A stretch of DNA of 64,000 nt from Mobula hypostoma (lineage: Eukaryota). Made by a program: the position numbers and the translations under genes. How positions within the stretch are numbered: position 1 is the stretch's first letter; every line of letters begins with the position of its first letter. Below the pieces are notes generated by a model. The model was not told where the DNA came from. It did no database searches and saw only the letters and a list, made by a program, of their open reading frames with translations. Shown piece after piece: positions 26,511 to 37,985 of the stretch. Location: positions 12,648,001 through 12,712,000 of the forward strand of contig NC_086101.1 in NCBI RefSeq assembly GCF_963921235.1, given 5' to 3'.

Positions 26511-27544
26511 GGGACAGGCCTCCAGGGGACTCGCAACAGCTTCTGATCCTATTACCGATGTAAACCGGTCTTTGCAGGAACTGCTCAATTAATGTTTTTT
26601 TTCTACTCCCACCGGCCGTACAACGTCCCCACACATCAGAATTTAGCCAGTCGTAAGGACAAAAGATTCTGCAGATACTGGAACAACACACACAAAATAC
26701 AGGTGGAACTCAGCAGGTCAGACAGCATCGATGGAAATGAACAAACAGTCGACGGTTCGGGCCGACAACCTTCTTCAGACTAGAAAGCGAGGGGAAGGAG
26801 GTGGGGGAGGGGAAGGAGCACAGTCTAAAAGGTGACAGGTAAAGGCGTGGTGGTGGTGTGGTGGGGGGGGGGTGGGGAGCTGGGGAGGTGGATGGTGAGA
26901 ATCTGGGAGCTGAAGGGCCGGAGACGAAGTAATTTCGATGGAAGAATGTTGGAGTTGAATCTCCTCATGTCGAGGTTTTGATCAGATTACAAAAGCTCGC
27001 AGTTTTTCCCCTCTCCCACACATTCACTGACCCTCACACATTCATAATATACACAAGGACTTGATTGGCTCCCATTCACTAGGCTCAACATCCATTAAGC
27101 GGCCGCAGTATGTGCCCACGAGAAAATGTTACTAACTTAACTACCCCAATAGCGTCTGCCAATTTTCTATATGTCGCTAAACGAGTCCGTTTCGGCACAT
27201 CGTGTTTCACCGAATGACTTAATCGCCCCTCTCCGCCAAAGGCACACATTCCCATCAACTTACAACGGCAAATAAGCCTACCGATTTCCCTCTCTTTTTT
27301 GGGGGGGGATGTGGGGTATTGACTCTGCCTGGTGCACCTATGTGTCTCCCAACCTCTCCCTCCAAGATGTGCAAGAGCGGGGGGCGCACGGGAAAACGGC
27401 CGATCGCAAATTCCGCTTAAAGTCCAATACCAAACTGAGCTGGAAATATATCTTTGGACCTTCGTCGGTGCAGAGTTTAAACCCTTTGGCCTCAAACCCG
27501 ACAGCTGGAGTACTTTCAAGAGCGATTTTCGAAAGTGAATTATA

Positions 27545-28100
27545 GACAATAGACAATAGGTGCAGGAATAGGCCATTCGGCCCTTCCAGCCAGCTCCGCC
27601 ATTCACTGTGATCATGGCTGATCATCCACAATCAGTACCCTTTTCCTGTCTTCTCCTCATATCCCTTCACTTCGCTATCTTTAAGAGCTCTATCCATCTC
27701 TTTCTTGAAAACATCCAGAGACTTGGCCTCCACAGCCTTCTGGGGCAGAGCATTCCATATATCCACCACTCTCTGGGTGAAAAAGATTTTCCTCAACTCC
27801 GTTCTAAATGGCTTACCCCTTATTCTTAAACTGTGGCCTCACCCATCAGCGGGAACATGCTTCCTGCCTGCAGCGTGTCCAATCCCTTAATAATCTTATA
27901 TGTTTCAATAAGATCCCCTTTCAGCCTTCTAAATTCCAGAGTATACAGGCCCAGTCGCTCCGATCTTTCGACATATGACAGTCCCGCCATCCCGGGAATT
28001 AACCTTGTGAACCTACGCTGCACTCCCTCAATAGCTAGAATGTCCTTCCTCAACTTTGGAGACCAAAACTGCACACAGTACTCCAGGTGTGGTCTCACCA
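27545..28100 (-). mobile_element. CR1 3' end with (CTATTGT)n tail
   Basis: RPHLEYCVQFW...GDLIETYKI on the minus strand; ATAGACAATAGACAATAG terminus. Confidence 0.85.
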
Positions 28101-29096
28101 GAATTAGTTTAATTTCCATTTCCATTTGTAAATAGGCACTGTCAGCGATGTCAGAGCCCCATAAAATTAAGGCACAATGCCTTTTCCACGCTAACACGTT
28201 CTGGATATCAATGTTTCTCATACGTTCTGCAGCCTTACATAATGGCATGAAGTTTGGCAGCTGACAAACAGACACTAACTTTAACCTCTCACACAACCAG
28301 AGCCAGTGTTCCATTAGAAAAGATGGGTTGGGTTGGCGGGATCTTGGTGTGTCCATGCATAATTGGTTTAAAGACTTGTAGGGAGGGGGCAGTTTCCGTG
28401 CAGAATAATACAAAATATTTTTTTTTGCCTCATGAAAGTTAAAGGAGAATGCTGCATGCCGTTTGTGAACTTTAGCGATCTCTCCATTACTTTAGGATTT
28501 AAAATATCTGGTGCATCAATCACGATCATTTAATTGGCAGGTTAGTCAGGGCGTAAAAGGCTACGGGGAGAAGGCAGAAGAATATGAAGAAATGGATCAG
28601 CCTTGACAAAATGGCGGACCAGAGTCGATGGGCCGAACGGTCTATTTCTGCTCCTATGTTTTATGGTCTGAGATAAAAAAAAGAAAATTAGCTTTACTTG
28701 TATTTTAAAACATCGAAGCATACAGTGAAATGCATTGTCTGCATCGCAACCAGTCCAAGGACCAAGCAAGTTTCGCCATACTTCCGGCGCCAAGAAAGCA
28801 TGCCGAAAACTTACTAAGCCTAACCTTAACATCTTTGGAATGTGTGAGGAAACAGAGCCCAAAATGTCGACATTTTATTCCTATCTATAGATGCTGCCTG
28901 ATTTGCTGAGTTCCTCCAGCACTTTATGTGTATTATTCTAGGATTTTCTGTGTTTTAAAAAAAATTTCAGATTTCTAGCGCCTGCATGTTTTCGCTATTT
29001 CCATTCAGTTGAAAGTCACTGACTTCCTCCGTTGTTTGGCTTATCACGTTTCCTGATTAAGTTCCCCGGGTATTTCCCTTCTCCTCTGCCCTGCAG

Positions 29097-29747
29097 CTGA
29101 TCGGACTGAGCCTCCTGCTGGTACTGGTGGCCATCGCGGTTTGCATCAGCTGCTGCCACGTGTCGCGCTGTTGCGGAAAGCCTTACTACTGGTGGGAGTA
29201 TCAGCAAATGTACATTGAGGAGACGGAGAGGATCGTGCTTCACAATCTAAAAGAGAGTGCGAGCCGGAGAGCCGAGCACAACTTTAACAACGAAACCAGC
29301 GCCTTCGCCGACGGCGTGCAAGGTGCCTGGGAGCACATTTCCTCTGCCGGTTTTACAAAAATCGATTACCCGGCCGACTTCAGAGTCATTCCCAGCGAAA
29401 GTGACCCAGACTCCCGAAGTGACCGTCTGTCAGCTGGCGACGTGGTGGAAACAGCACACAAGGGCGGAAGCGAAGGCCAAATGGACCATGGTTCTGATCG
29501 TGGAGAGCCGGGTCTGAACTGCAGACTGGGGCAGGTGTTATCTTTGGAGAACGGGGGATGTGCACATTGTTTAAATGGACATACGGGAAACACTGGCGGG
29601 GAAGAAGATACGGGTAAACTGGGGTGGAAAAACAGGCTGCAAGGTCCCTTACAAAGGATAAAGAAACAACTACACAAGGCGGTGGGAAGGGCTTTAAAGA
29701 AATACCAAGGACTCAATGGCAAGGCAAAGGAACCCCGTTCTAGGTAA
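29097..29747 (+). CDS. CALHM/FAM26-family channel, coding exon 2 (216 aa + stop)
   Basis: ccctgcag|CTGATCGGA = LIGLSLLLVLVAIAVCI (TM4), then YWWEYQQMYIEETE, A..N and WEHIS motifs of the CALHM C-terminal helices; in frame with exon 1. Confidence 0.85.
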   Translation: MIGLSLLLVLVAIAVCISCCHVSRCCGKPYYWWEYQQMYIEETERIVLHNLKESASRRAEHNFNNETSAFADGVQGAWEHISSAGFTKIDYPADFRVIPSESDPDSRSDRLSAGDVVETAHKGGSEGQMDHGSDRGEPGLNCRLGQVLSLENGGCAHCLNGHTGNTGGEEDTGKLGWKNRLQGPLQRIKKQLHKAVGRALKKYQGLNGKAKEPRSR

Positions 29748-30453
29748 TTAAGACACGTTTAAACAAAATGTACACGCCTAAGGATTTTAAAGATTTATCA
29801 GTTGTGACTAAACGAAACCGCTCTATCGAAATACTGTATTGGCAATGTGGACAATCTCGCCCTCTGCAAAGATTGAGGGACGAAATTGCAGGTAATGGTC
29901 GGAAATTTTCTGTCTCTAGTTAAGTAATTGCAGCCCATTGTAAATCTGTTACGAATCAATGTAACATAATATGAAAGCGGACCTGGATGAGGACACCAAT
30001 GAATTCAGTAGCCGATTAATTTCGTGCATGCCTGTCCACTATTTATAACATAATAAATATTATAAAATAACATCAAAACCGATATTTTTCAAATTCCATA
30101 ACAAATACGTTTTAAATCATGTCAGGTAAATAAAAATTACTCGGCAAACATGAGTGAATACCTTGCCCCGCTTTTTCTTCCGGTTATCGAGGGAACGGCA
30201 TGATTTGAGGTTCAATGGACCCTAAAGAAAACATTCGCGGGAAAAGCAAATAAAATTAAAGCATTTTGAAAGCATGATTTTTTATCAATTAACTCACTGA
30301 ACTAGTTTTTTAAATAGCATTTGGCCGTCGTGAATTTTCAGAAAATTGCATTGTTTGTCTTTGATCGGGCGCTGTTATTTGACTCCAGGAGTCGATGCTC
30401 GAGTACGTTATTACTCATACTGTAGGTATAGCCGCGTTTTGAACTGGATGGGT

Positions 30454-30469
30454 GGCTCTTAAAAGAGCC
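30454..30469 (-). terminator. Histone mRNA 3' stem-loop (H2B copy 1)
   Basis: Minus strand AAAC-GGCTCTTTTAAGAGCC-ACCCA. Confidence 0.95.
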
Positions 30470-30503
30470 GTTTGGCGATTTAATCGCATCTTTCAAGGGT
30501 AAT

Positions 30504-30914
30504 CTACTTGGAGCTGGTATATTTGGTGACGGCTTTCGTGCCTTCAGAGACGGCGTGTTTAGCCAGTTCCCCAGGAAGCAGAAGACGGACGGCGCTCTGG
30601 ACCTCTCGGGAGGAGATGGTCTGGCGACGGGTGTAATGCACCAGACGGGAAGCCTCGGACGCAATACGCTCAAAGATGTCGCTGACAAATGAGTGGATGA
30701 CACTCATGGCCTTGGAAGAAATACCGGTGTCTGGGTGAACCTGCTTCAGTACTTTGTAGATATAGATGCTGTAGCTCTCCTTCCTGCTCCTCCTGTGCTT
30801 CTTATCGCCTTTCCTGCTCATTTTCATAGCAGTCTTCTTAGAGCCCTTTTTCGAAACGGCGCCTTTACCTCCGCCTGCCGTGACGCTGGTAGTACCCGAA
30901 ACAGTAGTTGGCAT
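30504..30914 (-). CDS. Divergent histone H2B, copy 1 (136 aa)
   Basis: [27 protein letters not shown]...[26 protein letters not shown]; intronless; stem-loop and H2B-type promoter present. Confidence 0.95.
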   Translation of the reverse strand: MPTTVSGTTSVTAGGGKGAVSKKGSKKTAMKMSRKGDKKHRRSRKESYSIYIYKVLKQVHPDTGISSKAMSVIHSFVSDIFERIASEASRLVHYTRRQTISSREVQSAVRLLLPGELAKHAVSEGTKAVTKYTSSK

Positions 30915-30976
30915 TGTGTAACTCTTGCTGACTTACACACCAAAAATCAAGCAATACGCAATCGCCTGCTTCTCTC

Positions 30977-31050
30977 TTATATATACAGAGCTATGCAAAT
31001 AATCAAAGCACGATGCAAATGAAGGATGGCAGATTGTCCGTTCCGATTGG
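30977..31050 (-). promoter_or_regulatory. H2B promoter: TATA, two octamers, CCAAT
   Basis: Minus strand TATATATAA (30977-30985), ATTTGCAT (30993-31000, 31013-31020), CCAAT (31046-31050). Confidence 0.85.
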
Positions 31051-31912
31051 TTACTTTGTGCAAACCTCTGAACGGACGTGCTCTGGTGTCACTACTTCAC
31101 CCGCCCGATAGCGTTTGCTTTGCAAGAAATTCGGTGTGAAAGAATCTCAGGAGAGAGAGAGAGAAAAATTAAGGTAATGTTTAGGACGAAAATACAACCC
31201 CTGACCATCTTTACAATGAGTTAACATTACAAATAACAGAAATACTAACATTGGGAGATACTAACATTTCTCATGATTGGGGGATGAAAATGTTTTGTTT
31301 AAATCGATGGCCTTTTTCATGAATTGAGAATGTTTGGAGAGAAAATTGGGATAAGATGAGGAATAGTGAGAGGGCTGTGGGTGAGGGGAAAGAAGGGAGC
31401 AAAAAAAGGAGTAGTTAAGTCAAGAGAGATCAAACCAACAAAGGAGTATTTTCAGCATTTTCTGTTTTATTTCAGAATCTAGCAACTGCAATACTTTGTT
31501 TTACGATGAATTTTAATTAAATCTGCGTAATGGAAAGATACGACAGTAATCAATTCACAGTACTTAGACAGAAAATACAACAAAGGACAATATTTAATAA
31601 ATAAAAAATGTACATTGTCTTCTCTGTCTGCTTATCGCCCCGCTGGAGTTGACTACGGATATGGAATTATAAAGCAACGGCCCTTTGGCCAAACATGCCG
31701 ATACTGGCTTGTGATGGTGTGCTGCAATTTGTCATAGATGCTACTTTCCCTGCATTTTTTCCCTCTATTCAAATCCCTTTTGGAAGTTGCAATCAAACTC
31801 AGGTCATTTATCGCCTGAAGAGCCTCAACGTGTCTTATGATTCGGCCAGGTAGCTTCTGTGCAGAGGATACTGATGATGAATTCTGAAGAAGGGACATAT
31901 TGGAAATATTTA

Positions 31913-31991
31913 AAAACGCAAACACGAGGAAATCTGCAGATGCTGGAAATTCAAGCAACACACACACACAGCAGCATTTTGTGTGTGTTGC
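31913..31991. mobile_element. 79-bp Penelope-derived insertion present only in duplication unit 1
   Basis: 13-bp direct repeat TTGGAAATATTTA (31900-31912, 31992-32004); the paralogous site in unit 2 (~34213) is empty. Confidence 0.8.
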
Positions 31992-32810
31992 TTGGAAATA
32001 TTTAGTTAGTTAATCTCCGTCTGCGTCATTAACTCTCTAATCAATACAGACTAAGTGCTCTTTTAGACGGTCCCTGCTAAATTTGTGACAGTTCGCGTCA
32101 CTGCCTCTCCAACCAATACAGTTAAAGTTCTTCAGAAACCCCCTACCAAAATTAATGCAAGCTCAAAATATTGCGAAAGCTGTACTGGCAATATGGGCAA
32201 TCTTGCCCTCTGCAAAGATTGAGAAGGTCGAAATTGCAGGTACTGGTCGGAAATTTTCTTTCTCTAGTTAAGTAATTGCAGCCCATCGTAAATCTGTTAC
32301 GAATCAATGTAACATAATACGACAGCGGACCTGGATGAGGACACCAATGAATTCAGTAGCCGATTAATTTTGTGCATGCCTGTCCACTGCTATTTATAAC
32401 ATAATAAATATTATAAAATAATAAAATCAAAACCGATATTTTTCAAATTCCATACCAACAAATCCGTTTTAAATCATACGTCAGGTAAATAAAAATCACT
32501 CGGCAAACATGAGTGAATACCTTGCCCCGCTTTTTCTTCCGGTTATCGAGGGAACGGCATGATCTAAGTTGAGGTTCAATGGACCCTAAAGAAAACATTC
32601 GCGCGAAAAGCAAGGCATTTTGAAAGCATGCTTTTTATCTATTAACTGACGGAACTACATAGTTTTTAAAATAGCATTTGGCCGTCGTGAATTTTCAGAA
32701 AATTGCATTGTTTGTCTTTGATCGGGCGCTGTTATTTGACTCCAGGAGTCGATGCTCGAGTACGTTATTACTCATACTGTAGGTATAGCCGCTGTTTGGA
32801 CTGAATGAGT

Positions 32811-32826
32811 GGCTCTTAAAAGAGCC
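32811..32826 (-). terminator. Histone mRNA 3' stem-loop (H2B copy 2)
   Basis: GGCTCTTTTAAGAGCC on the minus strand. Confidence 0.95.
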
Positions 32827-32860
32827 GTTTGGCGATCTAATCGCATCTTTCAAGGGTAAG

Positions 32861-33271
32861 CTACTTGGAGCTGGTATATTTGGTGACGGCTTTCGTGCCT
32901 TCAGAGACGGCGTGTTTGGCCAGTTCCCCAGGAAGCAGAAGACGGACGGCGCTCTGGACCTCTCGGGAGGAGATGGTCTGGCGACGGGTGTAATGCGCCA
33001 GACGGGAAGCCTCGGACGCAATACGCTCGAAGATGTCGCTGACAAATGAGTGGATGACACTCATGGCCTTGGAAGAGATACCGGTGTCTGGGTGAACCTG
33101 CTTCAGTACTTTGTAGATATAGATGCTGTAGCTCTCCTTCCTGCTCCTCCTGCGTTTCCTACCGCCTTTCTTGCTCATTTTCATAGCAGTTTTCTTAGAG
33201 CCCTTTTTCAAAACGGCACCTTTACCTCCGACTGCCGTGACGCTGGTAGAACCCGAAACAGCAGTTGGCAT
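32861..33271 (-). CDS. Divergent histone H2B, copy 2 (136 aa)
   Basis: Intact ORF with stem-loop, TATA (33334-33342), distal octamer (33370-33377) and CCAAT (33403-33407); proximal octamer mutated. Confidence 0.95.
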   Translation of the reverse strand: MPTAVSGSTSVTAVGGKGAVLKKGSKKTAMKMSKKGGRKRRRSRKESYSIYIYKVLKQVHPDTGISSKAMSVIHSFVSDIFERIASEASRLAHYTRRQTISSREVQSAVRLLLPGELAKHAVSEGTKAVTKYTSSK

Positions 33272-34529
33272 TGTGTAACTCTTGCTGACTTACACACCAA
33301 AAATCAAGTAACACGCAATCGGCTGCTTCTCTCTTATATATACAGAGCTATGCAACTAATCAAAGCACGATGCAAATGAAGGATGGCAGATTGTCCGTTC
33401 CGATTGGTTACTTTGTGCAAACCTCTGAATGGACGTGCTCTGGTGTCACTACTTCACCCGCCCGATAGCGTTTGGGAATGCGAGAGCAAGAGAGAGAGGA
33501 AAAAACATTTTAAAATAATGTTTAGGACGAAAATACACCCCCTGACCGTCTTTACAGTAAGCTAACATTACAACTAAAAGAAATACTGACATTGGGAGAT
33601 GAAAACGCTTTGTTTAAATCGATGGCCTTTTACATGAATTGAGAATGTTTGGAGAGAAAACTGGGTTAAGATGAGGAATGGTGAGGGGGCTGTGGGTGAG
33701 GGGAAAGAAGGGAGCAAAAAAGGAGTAGTTAAGTCAGGAGAAATCAAACCAGCAAAAGAATATTTTCAGCATTTTCTGTTTTATTTCAGAATCTAGCAAC
33801 TGTAATACTTTGTTGTACGATGAATTTTAATTAAATCTGCGTAATGGAAAGATACGACAGTAACCAATTCACAGTGCTTAGACAGAAAATACAACAAAGG
33901 ACAATATTTAATAAATAAAAAATGTACATTGTCTTCTCTGTCTGCTTATCGCCCCGCTGGAGTTGACTACGGATATGGAATCATAAAGCAACGGCCCTTT
34001 GGCCAAACATGCCGATACTGGCTTGTGATGGTGTGCTGCAATTTGTCATAGATGCTAGTTTCCCTGCATTTTTTCCCTCTATTCAAATCCCTTTTGGAAG
34101 TTGCAATCAAACTCAGGTCATTTATCGCCTGAAGGGTATCAACGTGTCTTATGATTCGGCCAGGTAGCTTCTGTGCAGAGGACACTGATGATGAATTCTG
34201 AAGAAGGAACATATTGGAAATACTTAGTTAGTTAATCTCCTCCATCTGCGTCATTAACTCTCTAATCAATAGACTAACTGCTGCTTTAGACGATCCCAAC
34301 TAAATTTGTGACAGTTCGCGTCACTGCCTCTCCAACCAATACATTTTTATCAATTAACTCACTGAACTACAAACATCCAGTTTTTAAAATAAAGCATTTG
34401 GCCGTCGTGAATTTTCAGAAAATTGCATTGTTTGTCCTTGATCGGGCGCTGTCGTTTGACTCCAGGAGTCGATGCTTAAATATGTATTACTCATACTGTA
34501 GGTATAGCCGCGTTTTGGACTGGGTGAGT

Positions 34530-34545
34530 GGCTCTTAAAAGAGCC
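34530..34545 (-). terminator. Histone mRNA 3' stem-loop (H2B copy 3)
   Basis: GGCTCTTTTAAGAGCC on the minus strand. Confidence 0.9.
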
Positions 34546-34579
34546 GTTTGGCGATTTAATCGCATCTTTCAAGGGTAAT

Positions 34580-34962
34580 CTACTTGGAGCCTGTATATTT
34601 GGTGATGGTTTTCGTGCCTTCAGAGACGGCGTGTTTAGCCAGTTCCCCAGGAAGCAGAGGGCGGACGGCGCTCTGGACCTCTCGGGAGGAGATGGTCTGG
34701 CGACGGGTGTAATGCACCAGACGGGAAGCCTCGGACGCAATACGCTCGAAGATGTCGCTGACGAATGAAATACCAGTGTCTGGGTGAACCTGCTTCAGCA
34801 CTTTGTAGATATAGATGCTGTAGCTCTCCTTCCTGCTCCTCCTGTGCTTCTTATCGCCTTTCCTGCTCATTTCATAGCAGTTTTCTTAGAGCCCTTTTTC
34901 GAAACGGCGCCTTTACCTCCGCCTGCCGTAACACTGGTAGAACCCGAAACAGCAGTTGGCAT
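34580..34962 (-). pseudogene. Histone H2B pseudogene, copy 3
   Basis: 1-nt deletion near 34870 (frameshift), 9-codon deletion in the histone fold (GIS-FVSD), L>P in VRPLLPG, TATA box deleted. Confidence 0.9.
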
Positions 34963-36333
34963 TGCGTATATCTTGCTGACTTACACACCAAAAATCAAGC
35001 AATACTCAGTCCGCTGCTTCTCTCTACAGAGCTGTGCAAAAATCAAAGCACGATGCAAATGAAGGATGGCAGATTGTCCGTTCCGATTGGTTACTTTGTG
35101 CAAACCTCTGAACGGACGTGCTCTGGTGTCACTACTTCACCCGTCCGGTAGCGTTTGCTTTGCAAGAAATTCGGTGTGAAAGAATCTCAGGAGAGAGGGA
35201 GGGAGAGAAAGAGGGAGAGAGAGAGAGAGAGAGAGGGAGGGAGGGGGAGGGGGAGAGGGAGAGATCACTGCCTCTCTAACCGATACAGTTTAAATCCTTC
35301 AGAAACCCCCTACTAAAATTACTCCAAGCTCAAAATATTGCGAAAGCTGTGACTGGAAACATATCCGAGAATACTGTAAATATTAAAGTTGTTTAGGAAT
35401 ATTCAGGCTTTTCGGTAATCGATCTTAGGGTAATAAAAGTGATGTTGTTAGTAGATCTGCTGCCTCGTAGTTCTAGAGACCCAGGTTCAATCCTGGCCTT
35501 TGGAAATCGATGAGGATTTTATATATTCTTCGCTTCACTGCACGAGATCTCCCCCTCCCCCTCCCCCGGTGATCCTGTTTCCTCCAATGTGCCAAAGACA
35601 TTAGTACATTAATTGGTCACTGGAAATTGCCCTCGTCATAAGTAGTCGAAAGAATTGAAGGGAATTTAGAGCAAAGAGTGGAGAAAATCGTGAGATTGGT
35701 TTAGGATTAGTGTAAATTTGTGCTTGGTGGTTTGCATGAAAATGATGGATTCAAGAATCATCTCAATTTGTGCGACTCCTTAAACTGAACCATTAACGTC
35801 ACCAATTTATTAGGAACACGCACAAAATGCTGGAGGCGGCATCTATGGAAAAGAAGGTACAATACAACGTTTGGACCGAGACCCTTAGCTTCATTTTTAG
35901 AGCCATTTGATTGCCATTTTCATCGTATGAGGTTTGTCCCGTGAAATCTAGGCAGTTTGGGGTTGTACTTCTTAACGCTCAGATGAATGGGAAATAACCA
36001 TATCGAAATATACAATATCTTTCACAGGGTAGATGCTGAGTTATTACTTGTGGGAATCACGAAGTTTTCTGTGGCTGGGCATTTAATAGAGCTACGCACA
36101 ATCTTCAGCACAACGCTTCTCTGAAATCCTGAGGGTGGAGGCCAAATATTTAACTACATAAAGATCAGAATTAATTATAGTGAGCTTGCACAGAATATAG
36201 TGAATGGTGACGTAAGTTTGAGTAAACTGGGCATATTTATTTTGGTTTCGTATATTTTATTGCTTTAAATGTGCTTCTTCCTATAGAAATGTATCTGTAA
36301 CCCACAGGGCAATTTCTGTATGAAAGAGACAGT

Positions 36334-36349
36334 GGCTCTTAAAAGAGCC
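36334..36349 (-). terminator. Histone mRNA 3' stem-loop downstream of the H1 pseudogene
   Basis: AAAAC-GGCTCTTTTAAGAGCC-AC on the minus strand. Confidence 0.95.
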
Positions 36350-36359
36350 GTTTTGGCGT

Positions 36360-37057
36360 TCATTCTTGGATATGTTTCCACTTCGGAGCTTTGCTCTTCT
36401 CGGCCGTGTTGCCGACCATCAGAAGACGGGGCATTTTTAGACACCTCTCTGGCTGTTTACCCTTGGGAACTGTCACCTTGCCGGTTCGTCTTTTATGAGC
36501 GCCGGCCTTGGTTCATAAGCTTTACTCTGCGAAGCGCGTTCTTCCTCCAGGGCTTGCGCACCGCACCCTTAACTTTCGAGGTGGGCGCACCACGTTTTCG
36601 GGTCTGGAAGAACTTACCCGCCGCCCCTTTAACTACCTGGAGCTGCCGGTTGATCTTGAAAGAACCCGAGGCCCCCGTGCCAGCCGTTTGCACCAACATG
36701 CCATCAGCCACCAGGTTCCGAACCGTTTGATTCACCCGTGAATTGATGCGGGGCACATCGTAACCAGTGGCCGACAGCGCCTTCTTGACGGCGAGCAGGG
36801 AGACATCGTGGCGCTGTTTGGACAGCGTCCATGATGTGCCCGGCCACGGTCGACGGACTCCCTTGCCGGGACGTGGGCGAGTTCTTCTTTCGCTTTGCCT
36901 TGCTGCCTCGGGGCTGCTGACCCGCAGCCATTAGCAAAGGTGCGGGTGGCGCATCCGCAGAGCTCACAGACGCCACACCGACGCCCACTGGCTCCGGGCC
37001 GCCACTGAACCCGTCCGGCTGCGGCGGCCTCTTATCAGCCCTCAAAGCGGACGCCAT
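36360..37057 (-). pseudogene. Histone H1 (divergent), frameshifted
   Basis: Winged-helix split across frames: TVAGHIMDAV / KQRHDVSLLAVKKALSATGYDVPRINSRVNQTVRNLVADGMLVQTAGTGASGSFKIN; frameshift near 36820 and a probable second one near 36510. Confidence 0.85.
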
Positions 37058-37239
37058 GTAAACAACTCCACGGTGCCACGTGGCCGAATGTCACGTGCTT
37101 CCGGGAGGTGGGAAGGCCTCACACCCACTGGCACTCCCGGCTGTCTGTGTGTGGCTGCCGTTCATCGCTCAATGAGCAACACCTCATCTTCAGTTTGGAC
37201 ACAGACGAGAAAATCTGCAGATGCTGGAATTCTAAGCAG

Positions 37240-37985
37240 CAGACAGGCCACCAACATCAATGCTACTTCCCATTCCTATTCCGACATGTCAGTCCATGAT
37301 CACCTCCATACTGCCGCTATGAGGCCACGCTCAGGCTGGAGGAGCAACACCTTATATTCCGTCTAGATACCCTTCGACCTGAACATCGATTTCTCGAGCT
37401 TCCGGAAATTGCCCCCCGCCTCACCTTTCCCACAAACAACAGGAATTCTGCAGATGCTGGAAATTCAAGAAACATACATCAAAGTTGCTGGTGAACGCAG
37501 CAGGCTAAGCAGCATCTATAGGAAGAGGCGCAGTCGACGTGACGAAGGGTCTCGGCCTGAAACGTCGACTGCGCCTCTTCCTATAGATGCTGCTTAGCCT
37601 GCTGCGTTCACCAGCAACTTTGATGTATGTCACCTTTCCCACTCCTGTTTCAGTCGCTCATCCTATCTCCTTACCTGCCCACCACCTCCTCTTCGCTTTC
37701 TTCCATGGTCTTTTTACCCTGTCCTATCAGATCCTTCTCCAGCCTTTTATCTCTTTCAGCTGTGAGCTTCCCAGCTCTTTACTTCACCATTCCCCCCTCA
37801 CCTTTCACCTACCATCTTGTACTTCTCCCCTCCCCCGCCCGCCCCAACCTTCTTGTTCAAACTTCTCATCTTTTTTTCCCAGTCCTGATGAGGGGTCTCA
37901 GCCTGGAGCTGTTTACTCTTTTCCACAGATGCTGCCTGGCCCTTTGAGTTTCCCCGGCATTTTGTGTTTGTTGCTTCAGTTTGGA
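37240..37985 (+). mobile_element. Penelope-like 3' fragment containing a nested fold-back mini-element (37434-37629)
   Basis: EATLRLEEQHLIFRL GIY-YIG tail; inner palindrome flanked by the 13-bp TSD TCACCTTTCCCAC (37421-37433, 37630-37642). Confidence 0.8.

Larger units (their letters stand above)
29830..35170. repeat. Tandem triplication of an H2B-containing unit
   Basis: H2B stop codons at 30504, 32861 and 34580; flanks are collinear (spacing 2357 bp, then 1719 bp). Confidence 0.9.

Noticed and set aside
25715-26691. Long S/L/H/T-rich ORFs in the ORF track
   Set aside because: Translations of a CT/CA microsatellite and an N gap
20289-30914. Functional link between LSM2 and the adjacent histone genes
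   Set aside because: U7 snRNP uses Lsm10/11, not Lsm2; adjacency alone is no evidence of co-regulation
30338-33379. Alternative-frame and antisense ORFs over the H2B genes (e.g. 30338..30703, 30693..31022)
   Set aside because: Shadow ORFs, repeated only because the unit is duplicated
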